NCBI RefSeq assembly: GCF_006345805.1
Contig: NC_043010.1
Span: 39,370,001-39,434,000 of the forward strand
Reading direction: 5' to 3'
Source: Octopus sinensis
Lineage: Eukaryota
Length of the DNA: 64,000 nt
The notes beneath the pieces are model-generated. The model was not told the origin of the DNA. It was given only the letters and a program-made list of their open reading frames with translations, and searched no databases. Shown here in pieces: positions 28,778 through 41,935 of the stretch. The first letter of the stretch is position 1. Every line of letters starts with the position of its first letter. A program made the position numbers and the translations under genes.

Positions 28778-29699
28778 TGATGATGATGATGATGACGATG
28801 ATGAAGATGATGATGATGATGATAATATTAAAGAGAACGAAATTTTAAAAAATATATATACATATGTATGTATATGTATATATATATATATATTTATATA
28901 TATATACATTGATACATACACACACATGCGTACATACGTACATACATACATATATACATACATACATACATACATACGTACGTACATACAAGAGGTATAG
29001 ATACTCATGTATACATTATTTTTTGTTGTGTATAACTGTGTGCCGCTATATTTTTTACTTGCCTGAATGAGTGTTTGCGAATGTCACATAGACACATATA
29101 TCTTTTAAGCCATCATCGTTCAGAAACGGACACGCACAAATGCACACACGACACGCATATATTCTCTTATCTACATATGAACATTTCTGAAGAAAGAAAT
29201 CGTAGGTGTAGGTGGATTGTTCTGTTGTGTAACATTGCTATTAATCTATATGAAATATAAAGTATATACATCAGAAAGTTGTCTTACTGAAACATTAAAG
29301 CGGATATTTTTAATGAGTGGTTGTCATCCGGTGCAGACTGATTTATTAGATAGAAGTATCTGCACGGATTATATAGTTGTGAAATATTATATATATAATA
29401 TTAATATTGTAATGCTTTTACAGTATAATGATGTGTTGGGCAGTGTTGATTTAAGAAACAGTCTTAACTATGGTAAGTATTTTTACGTAGCGAAATATAA
29501 AATGACCTTTGCATGTGTGAGTAGGAGTTGTATGCTCCAAATTTACGTGTATCCATTGTAGAGAGAAATACATAGCTACGAAATACATGTAAACACATAC
29601 TTACATATATAAATGTATGTATGAATGTTAGTGTAAGTATATATGTATACATATCTGTATATGTTTATGTAGAAACATGTATAGCTAGACATATCTATA

Positions 29700-29774
<75 letters not shown>

Positions 29775-29985
29775 ATATCTATCTGTATATCTATATATCT
29801 ATCTATCTATCTATCTATCTTTTTATTTTATTTATTTATTTATTTATTTTTGTTCTTTTCTTCCCTTTTACGATACCTCTTTTTTTGTTTCTTTTGTTTT
29901 TTGTTTTTTTTCATCCCCCAAAAGAAAAGCTCTACCTTGTAACTTGTCCCATCTGTGTGCAGCCCTGTGTGGACAATAAAGAAAC

Positions 29986-30032
<47 letters not shown>

Positions 30033-30033
30033 C

Positions 30034-30065
<32 letters not shown>

Positions 30066-30082
30066 ATATATATATATATATA

Positions 30083-30262
30083 ACGGGAAGACGAAGGCAG
30101 GTGGAGTACAAACAGACAATGTATTAGTACGGCGCTCAGGAATAGATATAAAACAAGTATTTTACGTTTCGAGCCTCCGCTCTTCGGCAGAAAGATACAC
30201 AGAAAAGAAACAAGGAGAGAAACAAGGAGATAAAAAAATTGCATGTAGGGGCTAACGATCCA
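30083..30262 (-). mobile_element. Penelope-like remnant (family P1) with hammerhead-like motif at 30160-30194
   Basis: Minus strand cttt-CTGCCGA-aGAGCggagGCTC-GAAACGTA-aaa; lies between (TA)n and (ATCT)n. Confidence 0.6.
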
Positions 30263-30264
30263 AC

Positions 30265-30392
<128 letters not shown>

Positions 30393-30397
30393 GTCTG

Positions 30398-30469
<72 letters not shown>

Positions 30470-31742
30470 ATTGTCTGCATGCTTGTCTGTTTATCTATCT
30501 ATCCATCTATCTATCTGTCTATCTATGATTTTATCATAAGGATTCATTAGGATCAGGTCACATCAATTTAAAGGACGCCAATAATAATAAAAAAGGACAT
30601 GTATATGGTAGATATAGAAGCATCTAATCCAACTTAAACATCAAATCCGATTCAGGGTGGGTCATTGTTGTGACCTAGATATATAAAAATAAAATCGCGT
30701 TTAAAATTTAGCACTGCCGTTTATTTTACTTAAATTTATTTAATGCACTCATAAAAAGATTACATAATACTCCATCATCAGGTCAAATTCTAAACAGGTA
30801 TGATTTTGCATAAGGTCATAGCTGGGCTAGTAATGCGTTTAAGTTTTACATTCGAATGTATGGGAGAATTTGAATGTTTGTTTACTTCATTGACCTTTTT
30901 AAATTTGCTGCGACATTAAACATGGTCATCACACATTTGTTGATATGGGCAAGCTCTATGAACCTAGGTCAGTAAGTCTCAATGAGGAAAACTAAGTGAC
31001 ATTTTCACAGAGTAGAAAGAAAGAGATCATACAAATATGCAATCTAAATTCACTTACCTAAATTAGTTTATGGTGTAATACTGGCACGACTCATCTAAGC
31101 ATCAATAGACGGAGCAGTTCCAGAAGTTGTGATTAAGAAGTCGTTAAAATTATTCTCAATTAAAGGGGTAAAGTCAAGGAGTTCATTGACCACAAACAAA
31201 CAGTCGTCAGCGTTCACCCCCTTCCTACTTAAATACAATAGAAGCGTACACGCACAGACACACACACACACACAGACACACACACACATACAAACAAACA
31301 CACGCACACACAAATTATATATATATAGTGAGAGAGAGAGAGAGAGAGGCACGCATACAGGGAGAAAGAGAGGGAGAGAGAGGCATACACACACACTTAT
31401 CACAGTACATATAACGACAGCTAAGCATGTAACTACCATGAATATGATATCTATGTGTATATATACAAATACACACGCATACATATACATCTATACGCAT
31501 GTGTGTATACGTGTGTGTGTGTACTAACAATATGTATATATCTGTGTGTGTGTGCGCGTGTGTGTTGTGTACATATAGATGCAGAAATAAACAAGTGGCT
31601 TTTGAGTTGTTTTGACTCTTGTTTCTAGCAATAACTGGTGCTGGTCAGTACCCTCCATCACTTTTGTGACCTTTATTAATTTTGCTTTTAGGTTCAAATG
31701 CTAGTAAGCCACCCATTTAATTTGTTATATATATATATATAT

Positions 31743-31877
31743 GTAGGTCCCGGGTTGAGTCGGGGTTAACCACAGTAAATAAGGTACTCAATACATAGCA
31801 GAGTAAATTAATTTATTTTATAGAAGGAGCTTCTACAGGACTAGAACTGTTTCATTCAAAAGAAATCATCAGGAAGC
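31743..31877 (-). mobile_element. 135-bp (TA)n-embedded hammerhead-bearing element (Penelope pseudo-LTR-like)
   Basis: (TA)n on both sides. On the minus strand the hammerhead is followed by AATAAA. A rearranged second copy lies at 17242-17348. Confidence 0.75.
31829..31877 (-). ncRNA. Type I hammerhead ribozyme motif with intact core
   Basis: GCUUC-CUGAUGA-uUUCuuuuGAAu-GAAA-CAGuucuagucCUG-UA-GAAGC. Stem I GCUUC/GAAGC, stem II UUC/GAA (U-U at its base), stem III ACAG/CUGU, GUA cleavage triplet. Confidence 0.8.
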
Positions 31878-32244
31878 ATATATATATATGCATACAAATA
31901 TATTTGTGTGTGTGTGACAAACATATTTCAACTAACCTAAATTGTGATTGGGGGCACTAAAGTTCATTAATGTAATTGTCAGCATGTATGCCATGGAGAC
32001 ACATGGAGCACGTTCGCGCCAGCCTGGAAGCATTCGCGCTTTGTTTTTCAATCTCGCCATTATTTACGAATACATCGCCTGCCGTAATGTTGGTGTTTTG
32101 ACCACCTACGATTATGATCATGATACAGGTAACGCTTTTCCAATATTCATATGGCTTTCAAACTTCTATATCAGTTGACATTTTCTCAACTATATCTATG
32201 ATTTTTATGCCCTTCAACACCGTTGAGTGTTCACCAATATATGA

Positions 32245-32373
<129 letters not shown>

Positions 32374-32427
32374 AATCTATCTATCTATCTATCTATCTAT
32401 CTGTCTGCCTATCTGTCTATCTGTCTT

Positions 32428-32468
<41 letters not shown>

Positions 32469-32574
32469 TTATTTACCCCTCTGTATGTGTATATATATAT
32501 ATATGGAGAGAGAGAGAGAGGGATAGACGCCATGATTGACCGCTAACTCTAAAAGTTTTTTTATTCTCTCTCTA

Positions 32575-32703
32575 TTCATTTTCTTCCTTTCTGTTGAAGA
32601 GGATAGGCTCGAAACGTAAAAAAGACTTTCTCACCTTCCCGAGCGTCAAACTAATACACCTGTTATTTATACACCCGTCGTTTCTTGTTTTTCTGTAAAT
32701 TTC

Positions 32704-32706
<3 letters not shown>
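32575..32706 (+). mobile_element. Penelope-like remnant (family P1-related) with hammerhead-like motif at 32587-32624
   Basis: cttt-CTGTTGA-aGAGgatagGCTC-GAAACGTA-aaaaag; runs into (TA)n. Confidence 0.6.
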
Positions 32707-32785
<79 letters not shown>

Positions 32786-32789
32786 CTTT

Positions 32790-33578
32790 TGTACGTTTCA
32801 CTCTTTTGGCTGCGGCCATGCTGGACCACTGATTTTGGTCGAACGAATCGACCACAAGACTTACTCTTTGTAAGCCGAGTACTTATTCTATCAGTGTCTG
32901 TGACGATCCGCTAAGTTTCGGGGGGCAAAATCATACTGACATCGGCTGTCAAGCGGTGGTGTTGTAGGGGAAAAACACAAACGGAAAGGCACACAAAAAT
33001 ATAGGTGCATATAATTATACATATGCACGACGGACTTCTTTCAGTTTCTGTCTACCAAATTCACTCACAAGGTTTTGGTCGGCATGATACTATAGTAAAA
33101 TACACTTCCCTAGGCTGCCACGCAGTGGGACTGAACCCTGAACCCGAAACCATAAAGAAGGAAGCTTGTTTATTTAATTTTATATTGGTCATAATGACCT
33201 TACATAGAGATAGGAAGCTGCGGGCTGGGCACAGATGTAATGTTATATGAAATGAAAATGATGATTAATCGGGGAAAAAGCGATGCCCACCGATCGTTTT
33301 TTTTCCTGAGAACATTCATCTTGTATTTTATTCATGATGTAAGAAACCTCTTACATTGTCCACAATTCAATAACAAAATGTGACACTAAGCCTCTTACCA
33401 GTTTTTATTTTCCAAACTAGGAACTTTCAATAACACTGAGGCTTTTCAACCTCTTAAGTTGTGCTTCGATAATTCACGACGTTGGTATACAAAGACGTGA
33501 CGCCAGCAGCGAAGAAGGACGCGTCCACACAATAGTGAGAGAAGCAAGCTTCTTACCACCCAGCCACGCCTGCACCTA
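32790..33578 (-). mobile_element. SINE family A interrupted in its head by an unknown insertion of about 380 bp (about 33155-33538)
   Basis: Body at 32790-33152; the missing head end gaagcaagcttcttaccacccagccacgcctgcaccta resumes at 33541. Confidence 0.7.
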
Positions 33579-34344
33579 AACCTCTTACCACAGTCACATT
33601 GATCAAAATCTCCGCGTTGAAAAGGATAAAATATGGGGGGTGGTTTGGCATATCACACGCGTCAAAATTGTATAATGAAGTGAAATGTGCCAATATATGA
33701 TACTGAAGCGATTCCAATGTCACGAGCGGGAGCCTTTATTATAGGGATGAAATGTAATTAGGAGAAATTTTAGAGGAAAATGTTAATGGAAGAAATATAG
33801 CATGCGAAATTTTTTTATCTGTTTACCTGCCAGGCCTAAATCTAAAACTAATTTGAGTAGTTGTAAGGAAGGACCGGAAGTCGGGGAGAATCTGTGACTG
33901 CATAACAAAGAATGGGAAAAGCGTGGGAAAAGAGGGAGTAAAAGAAATCAAAAATAAGTTAGGAGGGATATGGGGAAAATGCGAAATAGTGAAGGGAAAG
34001 AAGAATGTGTAAAAGAGAGGAGAAAGCCAGGAAAGAACTATAAATATACAATAGTAGTTCCTGGTGGCTTTCAAAGAAAAGGAATTTCACTTTTGATTAG
34101 TCGGGTGATTTATTAGTTAGATATTCGTGTCAGTTTCAATATCTCTGATGAACTCACGAATGCCTGGTGGCGGGCAAGATTTATCTCTTGCAATTAAAGA
34201 TAAGTGCCAGGGCAGCTAAATTATTGCTGTTATTTCTTGTCAATATAACAGCCCGGCCATTGTTGCAGGAAGCATAAAAGCAGTAAAAGTACTGTAATAT
34301 AGGTTATGCTTTTTTATAGAAGAAAGTAAAATGAAAGGTTGGTT

Positions 34345-34782
34345 TCAACTTTAGGCATCAGGCCAACAATTTCGAAGTAGGGTACAGGTCAATTTCATCG
34401 ACCCACCTACTTTACTAGTATTTATTTTACCTACCTTGGAAGGGTGAAAGGCAAAGTCGACCTCTGCAGTATTGAACTCAGAACGTATATAGGTACGAAA
34501 TGGCGCTAAGCATTTTGCCCGGCGTGCTAACGATTCTGCCAGCTCGTTGCCTTAGCAATACGAAATATTCACATTTTAGCACAAGGCCAGCAAGTTTGGG
34601 GGAAGTGGGTGAAATCGATTACATCGATTCCAGTGCTTAACTGGTACTTATTTTATCGACCCCGAAAGGATGAAAGGTAAAGTCAACCTTGGTGCAACTT
34701 GAACCCAGAACGTAAAGCCGGACGATGTCTCGCTAGGCTTATTGCTCGGCATACAAACGATTGTGCCAGTGCGTCTCCTTAG
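34345..34782 (-). mobile_element. Tandem dimer of SINE family B
   Basis: Two consecutive copies, each followed by ccttagcaatac(g/a)aaat. Confidence 0.82.
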
Positions 34783-34999
34783 CAATACAAAATGATGAAA
34801 TAGATTTTGATACAGCTCAGTGAGATTTTTTGATAAGTATCACATTTTGATTCTAATATTCAATATTGAATCCTTTGAGTCAGTTTAAAGGTGTCAAAAA
34901 AATCATGTAAAACTCGCAATTCCATAGTAACAGTATAGTTCATAAGAGCTCAAATGAAGGAGCCGACACTTGGTTGCTGGACTTGTGATAAATAACAGC

Positions 35000-35140
35000 A
35001 CTGGTACTTAATTTATCGACGCCGAAAGGATGAAAGGCAAAGTCGACCTCGGCGGATTTTGAACTCAGAACGTAACGGCAGACGAAATACGGCTACGCAT
35101 TTCGCTCGGCGTGCTAACGGTTCTGGCAGCTCGCCGCCTT
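35000..35140 (-). mobile_element. SINE family B (head plus core)
   Basis: actggtacttaatttatcgac..gaaaggatgaaaggcaaagtcgacctcggcgg...gcagctcgccgcctt. Confidence 0.85.
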
Positions 35141-35331
35141 ATTATAAACCAACCAACATTATAATTTAATGAGTTGTATCTTGTGCTGATCGAAAATTCA
35201 CTTTCGGAACAACATTGTATCAATTTACATATTTTTAGACTAGCATGATTTCTCTATTCAGGCTTTTAAACTGCGTGTGTTATAAACGAAATCACTGATC
35301 TCTGAGGAACGCCTGTCAGCGAATTCAACTG

Positions 35332-35497
35332 CAAAAATCTCAGTATTGAATCTGCATAAGGGAGAAATCTCTCCCTCTATTAAAGATTCATCTTACTTAT
35401 TTCAGTTTGTGTCAGAATGAAGTTATAAAAATTCCGAATTCCTGAATAATTTATGTTATGCTGACGTTGGCTGAATTTGACAAACTATTTGCTGGCG
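35332..35497 (+). repeat. Old unclassified dispersed repeat, copy 2
   Basis: Similar to about 23935-24100. Confidence 0.6.
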
Positions 35498-35652
35498 GAT
35501 TGTGAGGTGTGAAGATAATGGTTACAAATAGTCTTAAACAGCTGTCTTGGAAATATAGATAAATTCAATAGAATGTAATTATTTACTGAGGGATGACAAT
35601 AATGGAGATAATTGCACAAACACACACTGTCACAGCATATATATATATATAA

Positions 35653-35692
<40 letters not shown>

Positions 35693-35789
35693 ACATTTGC
35701 GCATATATATGCATACACATATATAAAGATTTACCTGTATATATATATATATATATATATGCACTCATACGTAGATACAAACATTTATA

Positions 35790-35863
<74 letters not shown>

Positions 35864-37171
35864 ATATATATATTATGTAAATATATATATATATATATTT
35901 GTGTATGTACTAACGTGCATGCACACAAAAACTCACGTACATACACACACACGTACACACACAACCACCTATACATATGTCTATATCTGTGTGTTAGAGT
36001 AATTTAAAATAAAAAAGATGTAACAATTTATACACACTAGATTTCGTCTTTGCATAATTACTTAGTCATGATCAAAATTACATTAGAATTTGATAAAATA
36101 ATAATTCTCTGAACCAGAAATCAAAATATAGAGTATAAAATTCCTATTACACATATGTACACGTTGATTATTTGGCTGTCGGCTGAGTGAAGTCAAGCGT
36201 TGGTGTAATCAACCTGTTGGAATCATAATCTTATGGTTGTGCTTTCGATTCTCGAACTGGGCTGCGTGTACTTGGGCGAGTCACTTTTACACGTTGTTCC
36301 TATTGACACAGTAGAAACGGCTGACCAGTAATATGCGTACATATTTTTACAAAACAACTTGTCAAGGCTCTGCTTGTAAAATAATTCATATTAAAATAAC
36401 AGTACGTTTGCAAGCGAAGTAAGTTAAAAAGTGGACAGTAAAGCAATCATTTAGAATTTCAGATTTTAATTTCAATGTTAGTAAAAGCAATATCTGTATA
36501 TGTTGTAAAGTCACCCAAGAAATACTTGTTTTGTACGAAAGGAAGCTAACTCGTTAAAGTCGTTAGCGCATTGAATGTTCTCACTCTTGGAGTTTTGAGC
36601 TCAAAAACAGCCGAAGTCAGATTGGATTTTCCCCTTCTCCGTATTGATAAAACATACCAAGTGTATGAAAATGGAACCAAATGATTTGAGGTATCTGATC
36701 CGGATATTTGCTGCTCATTCGCTATTTGTCTCAATACCTTACGTGACATATTCTTTGTTTTAGCAAAGCGGACACTATCAGTTGTATTTAAAATATTTCC
36801 CTATCAAGAGATCAATGTTCTCCCACTAGTTCTGAAGGACCTATCAAGGATTATGGGCTCTACTTTCCATTTTTAATAACAACTAAAATAATATCATTTA
36901 CGTGAATTAAAGTTGGTATGGCAATATACATGCACATTACAGATTCCCTCGTAAAGAATGTGACGTTGGGATTACTCATTTCACTTAGATACGCTTAACA
37001 TTTCAGATTAGATGTAAAAGACTATTATGGTCGGAGGTGATTTTGGTGATTCATATATATCTGATACTATCGATGTTTGGCTTGTAACAACTGCTGTATA
37101 TATATATATAATATATATATATATAGTATATATATATATATATATATATAATATATTATATATATATATAT

Positions 37172-37221
<50 letters not shown>

Positions 37222-37261
37222 TTATATATTATATATATATATATAATATATATATATAATG

Positions 37262-37558
37262 TGGATGCGCAATGGCCTAGTGGTTAGGGCAGCGGACTCG
37301 CGGTTTCGATTCCCAGACCGAGCGTTTTGAGTGTTTATTGAGCGAAAACACCTAAAGCTCCACAAGGTTCCGGCAGGGTGGTGGTGGTGGTGATCCCTGC
37401 TGTACTCTTTCGTCACAACTTTCTCTCACTCTTTCTACTGTTGGCCTGCTCGCTTAGCCAACGGGGTGGAGTCATTTGAAGGCTAAAACAATGCGAGGCG
37501 CATTGTGACCAGCGGTATGTAACAACATCTGATAGCCTGGTTGGTCACAGTGATCACG

Positions 37559-37563
<5 letters not shown>
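37262..37563 (+). mobile_element. SINE family C (tRNA head), tail type 1, inside (TA)n
   Basis: Box A tggcctagtgg, box B-like gtttcgattcc, shared core, tail ending ggtcacagtgatcacggtgat. Confidence 0.88.
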
Positions 37564-37597
<34 letters not shown>

Positions 37598-38227
37598 TGA
37601 AAGTATTTGCTGTCGACTACATGCTGATTTGTTTAGATGTATGTGTGCATATATATATAGCTCGTTAGGGTTCGCTAAAGTTGCATTGTCTGCTAAGAGT
37701 AAATGTGCTGCATTAGACAATGAGTTACGTTTCAAATCATATTAGCTACATCCCTTACAAGTGTGGACTTCACACGACCGTGACTGAAACACGTATAGGC
37801 CCTAAAAAAGAAAAAAACAAACAAACACATAGGTTTATGCGCAAAATGCATTGCTTTCTCACCATCGGATTTGAAAAGATTTAAATATTAGTAAGGTGAC
37901 TTCCCTTCTAAGGAAATATTTGATAAAGCACCCCAAACTATAATAGTGGTGTGGTCGACAGTAACTTTAAAATCATATTATATATTACACACCCGACGCA
38001 AAATAAAAACAGGTTAAAATTAGACCTAGTAAAATTATAGAAACCGATTGACTTCTCAGTACTAATATAGGTTAAAAAATCCTAGCTTTGATAGATATAA
38101 TTTCTTCGATAGCTATAGATATATCAGGAAATCATTAATAGACGTTCCGTTAAAGTTATCTACAGCTGCATCTCTAACATGCAAAACAGAATTTTAGTAA
38201 CCCGTTAAATAGTATCACTCCAAAGTT

Positions 38228-38611
38228 GAGGCGCAATGGCCCAGTGGTTAGGGCAGCGGACTCGCGGTCGTAGGATCGCGGTTTCGATTCCCAGACCGGG
38301 CGTTGTGAGTGTTTATGGAGCGAAAACGCCTATAGCTCCACGAGGCTCCGGCAGGGGATTGTGGTGATCCCTGCTGTACTCTTTAACCACAACTTTCTCT
38401 CACTCTTACTTCCTGTTTCTGTTGTACCTGTATTTCAAAGGGCCGGCCTTGTCACTCTCTGTGTCACGCTGAATATCCCCGAGAACTACGTTAAGGGTAC
38501 ACGTGTCTGTGGAGTGCTCAGCCACTTACACGTTAGTTTCACGAGCAGGCTGTTCCGTTGATCGGATCAAAAGGAACCCTCATCGTCGTAACCGACGGAG
38601 TGCCCCCCCCC
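38228..38611 (+). mobile_element. SINE family C, full length, tail type 2, with 13-bp TSD
   Basis: Box A tggcccagtgg and box B-like gtttcgattcc. TSD tagtatcactcca at 38210-38222 and 38612-38624. Confidence 0.92.
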
Positions 38612-40126
38612 TAGTATCACTCCATACTGCAACAGCAAAGACCCAGACACTCGCTCAATAGAAGACGTATTCATGTTTACCCCAGGCGCACACAGAGACG
38701 AGGCCATTTCTGTTCTACCAAATAAGGGACCCAAAAGGAAAAAAAAAACTCGCATATTAGAGTGTGAGAAAATGATTTCAAAACAATATACATCAAAGGA
38801 CCAGACTTGTTTCAGGTGTGTAAAACGTAAGATAAACTTGAAATATAGCAAAACATAACCGGGAAAGGAATGAGACAAATAAATCATAACTATCAAGTGA
38901 AGCATTGCAGAAAGATTTAGGCCATACATTACTTGGTCCAATTAATTCAGGTTTTGTCCTTTCTAAACTCCATCTCAGAGATTTTTATATGTACGCATCA
39001 TGACAAATGTTTGTTGACGTAGACACAGAGACTAACGTACGCTATTCAACCCACATTCGATGATTCTTACCAGGCATGGTTATTTTAGAATTAAATTCTC
39101 AAAATGAACAATATCCATCATAAACAATATCCATCTTCTAATAATGTGCATAAACTTTATTCCATTTACCTTTAATATCATGTTTTTGTTTTCTAGTGAG
39201 TTTTTTTCGTTGTCTTTTCTCGCATTTCCACTCCGAATAGCCTGGTCATTACCATACCGGATCACGCGCGGTATACTACAGAAACCTATCATATTTCTTC
39301 AAAATCCCGGCATCAAAATTGAGTAGACCATCTAAACTTCTGTATGCATTGTCACTATATCGATCAGAATATTTGACGTTCTAAAACACAGCTGGTCACA
39401 ATGCACTTCCTATCTTTGTTTTAGCTTTCAAGGTATACTTATCTCTCTCTAGATTGATCACTTTCCCCTGATCCTACTAATAAGCAAACAGCATTATCGC
39501 TCTCTCTCTCTCTCTCTCTCTCATTATATGTATGAATATATATATGTGTGTGTGTATATGTATATGTGTGTGTATATGTATGTATATGTACGTGTGTATG
39601 TATGTATATGCATGTGTGTGTATAATACACACACACACTCACACGTATATATGTGACAGTTCATTATGTACATGAAAATAATACTCTCTATTTTATTTGA
39701 AGTCTTCTCCCAAGTAATATCTCGATAAATTGAACAAGACAGGAAAGTATGAGTATGGAAATTATTGACAATAAATTGACAATCATCCTTGTAATATTAA
39801 GCTCCAGGGAAATTCAAGCCATCCAAATAAGGTATATACCAATATTTTTGTCCCTATAATTATTTTCCAGATCATTCCCAATCTTGGATTTATAATGACA
39901 CACAATCTTTCACACATGAACAGACGTGCGCATAAATACACATCCACACACACACACACACACACATGCATGTTTATTATATATATATTATATCAACATA
40001 CATGTACTTACATCTATCTATCTATATATCCATCTATCTAAATATATATATATATGTGTGTGTATATATATGTATATATGCATATATATATATATTTATA
40101 TGTATTATATGCATATATATACATGC

Positions 40127-40166
<40 letters not shown>

Positions 40167-40189
40167 GCACACACATACGTATGCACATA

Positions 40190-40350
40190 TGGGTAGAGGA
40201 CGTCACCAACAGTAAACAACATGAATATGAAAACAAGTGTTTTCAATAAGCAAGCAACGAGAGAAACAAATGGAAAAAAAGACAAGTAACATAAAGAACG
40301 ACCATTCATCAGTTGTTGGCTGTCTACCTACTCCTCATTTCGAGCATTCT
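40190..40350 (-). mobile_element. Repeat family P2 copy
   Basis: Minus strand gctcgaaatgaggagtaggtagacagccaacaaCTGATGAatgg...gacgtcctctaccc; (TA)n-flanked. Confidence 0.55.
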
Positions 40351-40352
40351 AC

Positions 40353-40403
<51 letters not shown>

Positions 40404-40911
40404 GGTGTGGGGGTGTGTGTGTGTGTGGGTGTGGGTGTGTGTGTGTGTGTGTGTGTATACACGTTTGTATCTCTCTTCCTATATTATATTAACCGTTAAA
40501 CGAATGTAAAATCACGACTAACTGTGATTATTTTGTAAATGCAAACTCAGCCGAGAAGAAAATTGCTTATGGTAAATTATATTTCATACTATACCAATAC
40601 CTAATAACAATAAAAAAATGAACTGCACAATAACAGGAACAAATGAAACAAGATGCTACGCTGGCAATAGGCAGAGTATTGAATGAGTTAACGAGAGCTC
40701 TTTTTACGTAGTCGAGAAAATTCTCTCCTAAGCTGCTAATCAGCCGTCGGCCATTATATCGTCAGTTCAAGGTCGGATCAGACGACAGTGTTAAACCTTC
40801 ATAAGAATATATTATCACACGCTGTTTGTACACACAAAATGTAAATCACAGACAGACTGAAAACACGAAAATATAGCAAGAATATTTAAACGGATGTAAA
40901 CTAAATATGGT

Positions 40912-41215
40912 AGAGGCACATGGCCTAGTGGTTAGAGCAGCGGACTCGCGGTCGAGGTATCGCGGGTTCGAAACACAGACCGAGTGATATGTGTGTTTAT
41001 GAGCGGAACATCTAAGCTCCATGCGGCGCCGGTAGAAGGTTAATGGCGTACTTCTGCTGACTCTTTCGCCACAATTTTCTCTCACTCTTTCTTCCTGCAT
41101 CTAGCAGCTCGCCTGCGACGGACCGGTGTCTCGTCCACGTTGGGAACCTATACGCCAAGGAAACCAGGAAGCCGGCCCTATGAGCCAGGCATGGATTGAG
41201 AAGGAACAAACAAAT
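40912..41215 (+). mobile_element. SINE family C, tail type 3
   Basis: Same tRNA head and core; tail ...gggaacctatacgccaaggaaacc...gaaggaacaaacaaa. Confidence 0.85.
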
Positions 41216-41499
41216 AATTAAATATGAGTAATTTATAAGAAACCTAACTTTATTCAAATAGGGGAAACGTTATTGGAGGAAAAGGAAGATGAGGCAGAGA
41301 GGCTAAATGATGGACAAACTGTAGTCGTTCATTTTAAGCTACCTCGAGCAGACCCTCGAAAAAGAATAGACGCTGAGTGAACGGAAAGATGGATATGATT
41401 CCTAAACGGAAGTGATCAAAATATGGGAGGAAGTGGAAAAGAGAAAGGAAAAGTGGTACATAAAGGAATAAAGTAGATGTTCAATATAAATGCACCATC

Positions 41500-41935
41500 A
41501 AGGCAACGAGCTGGCAGAAACGTTAGCGCGCTGGGCGAAATGCTTAGAGGTATTTCGTCTGTCTTTACGTTCTGGATTCAAATTCCACCGAGGTGGACTT
41601 CGCCTTTCATCCTTTCGGGGTCGATAAATTAAGTACCAGTTACACACTGGGGTCGATATAATCGACTTAATCCGTTTGTCTGTCCTTGTTTGTCCTCTCT
41701 GTGTTTAGCCCCTTGTGGGTAGTAAAGAAATAGGTATTTCGTCTTCCTTTACGTTCTGGGTTCAAATTCCGCCGAGGTCGACTTTGCCTTTCATCCTTTC
41801 GGGGTCGATAAATTAAGTACCAGTTATACACTGGAGTCGATGCAATCGATTTAATCCCTTTGCCTCTCCTTGTTTGTCCCCTCTATGCTTAGCCCCTTGT
41901 GGATAATAAAGAAATAAGAAACGTTAGCACGCCCC
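41500..41935 (+). mobile_element. SINE family B concatemer with an alternative tail
   Basis: Head aggcaacgagctggcagaaacgttagc, then two core+tail units ending agccccttgtgg..taaagaaata, then a restart gaaacgttagcacgcc. Confidence 0.88.

Noticed and set aside
38228-38305. tRNA-like sequence (also at 37262, 40912 and 51500-51582)
   Set aside because: Box A/B are present but run straight into a SINE body, with a TSD in this copy; these are SINE heads, not tRNA genes.
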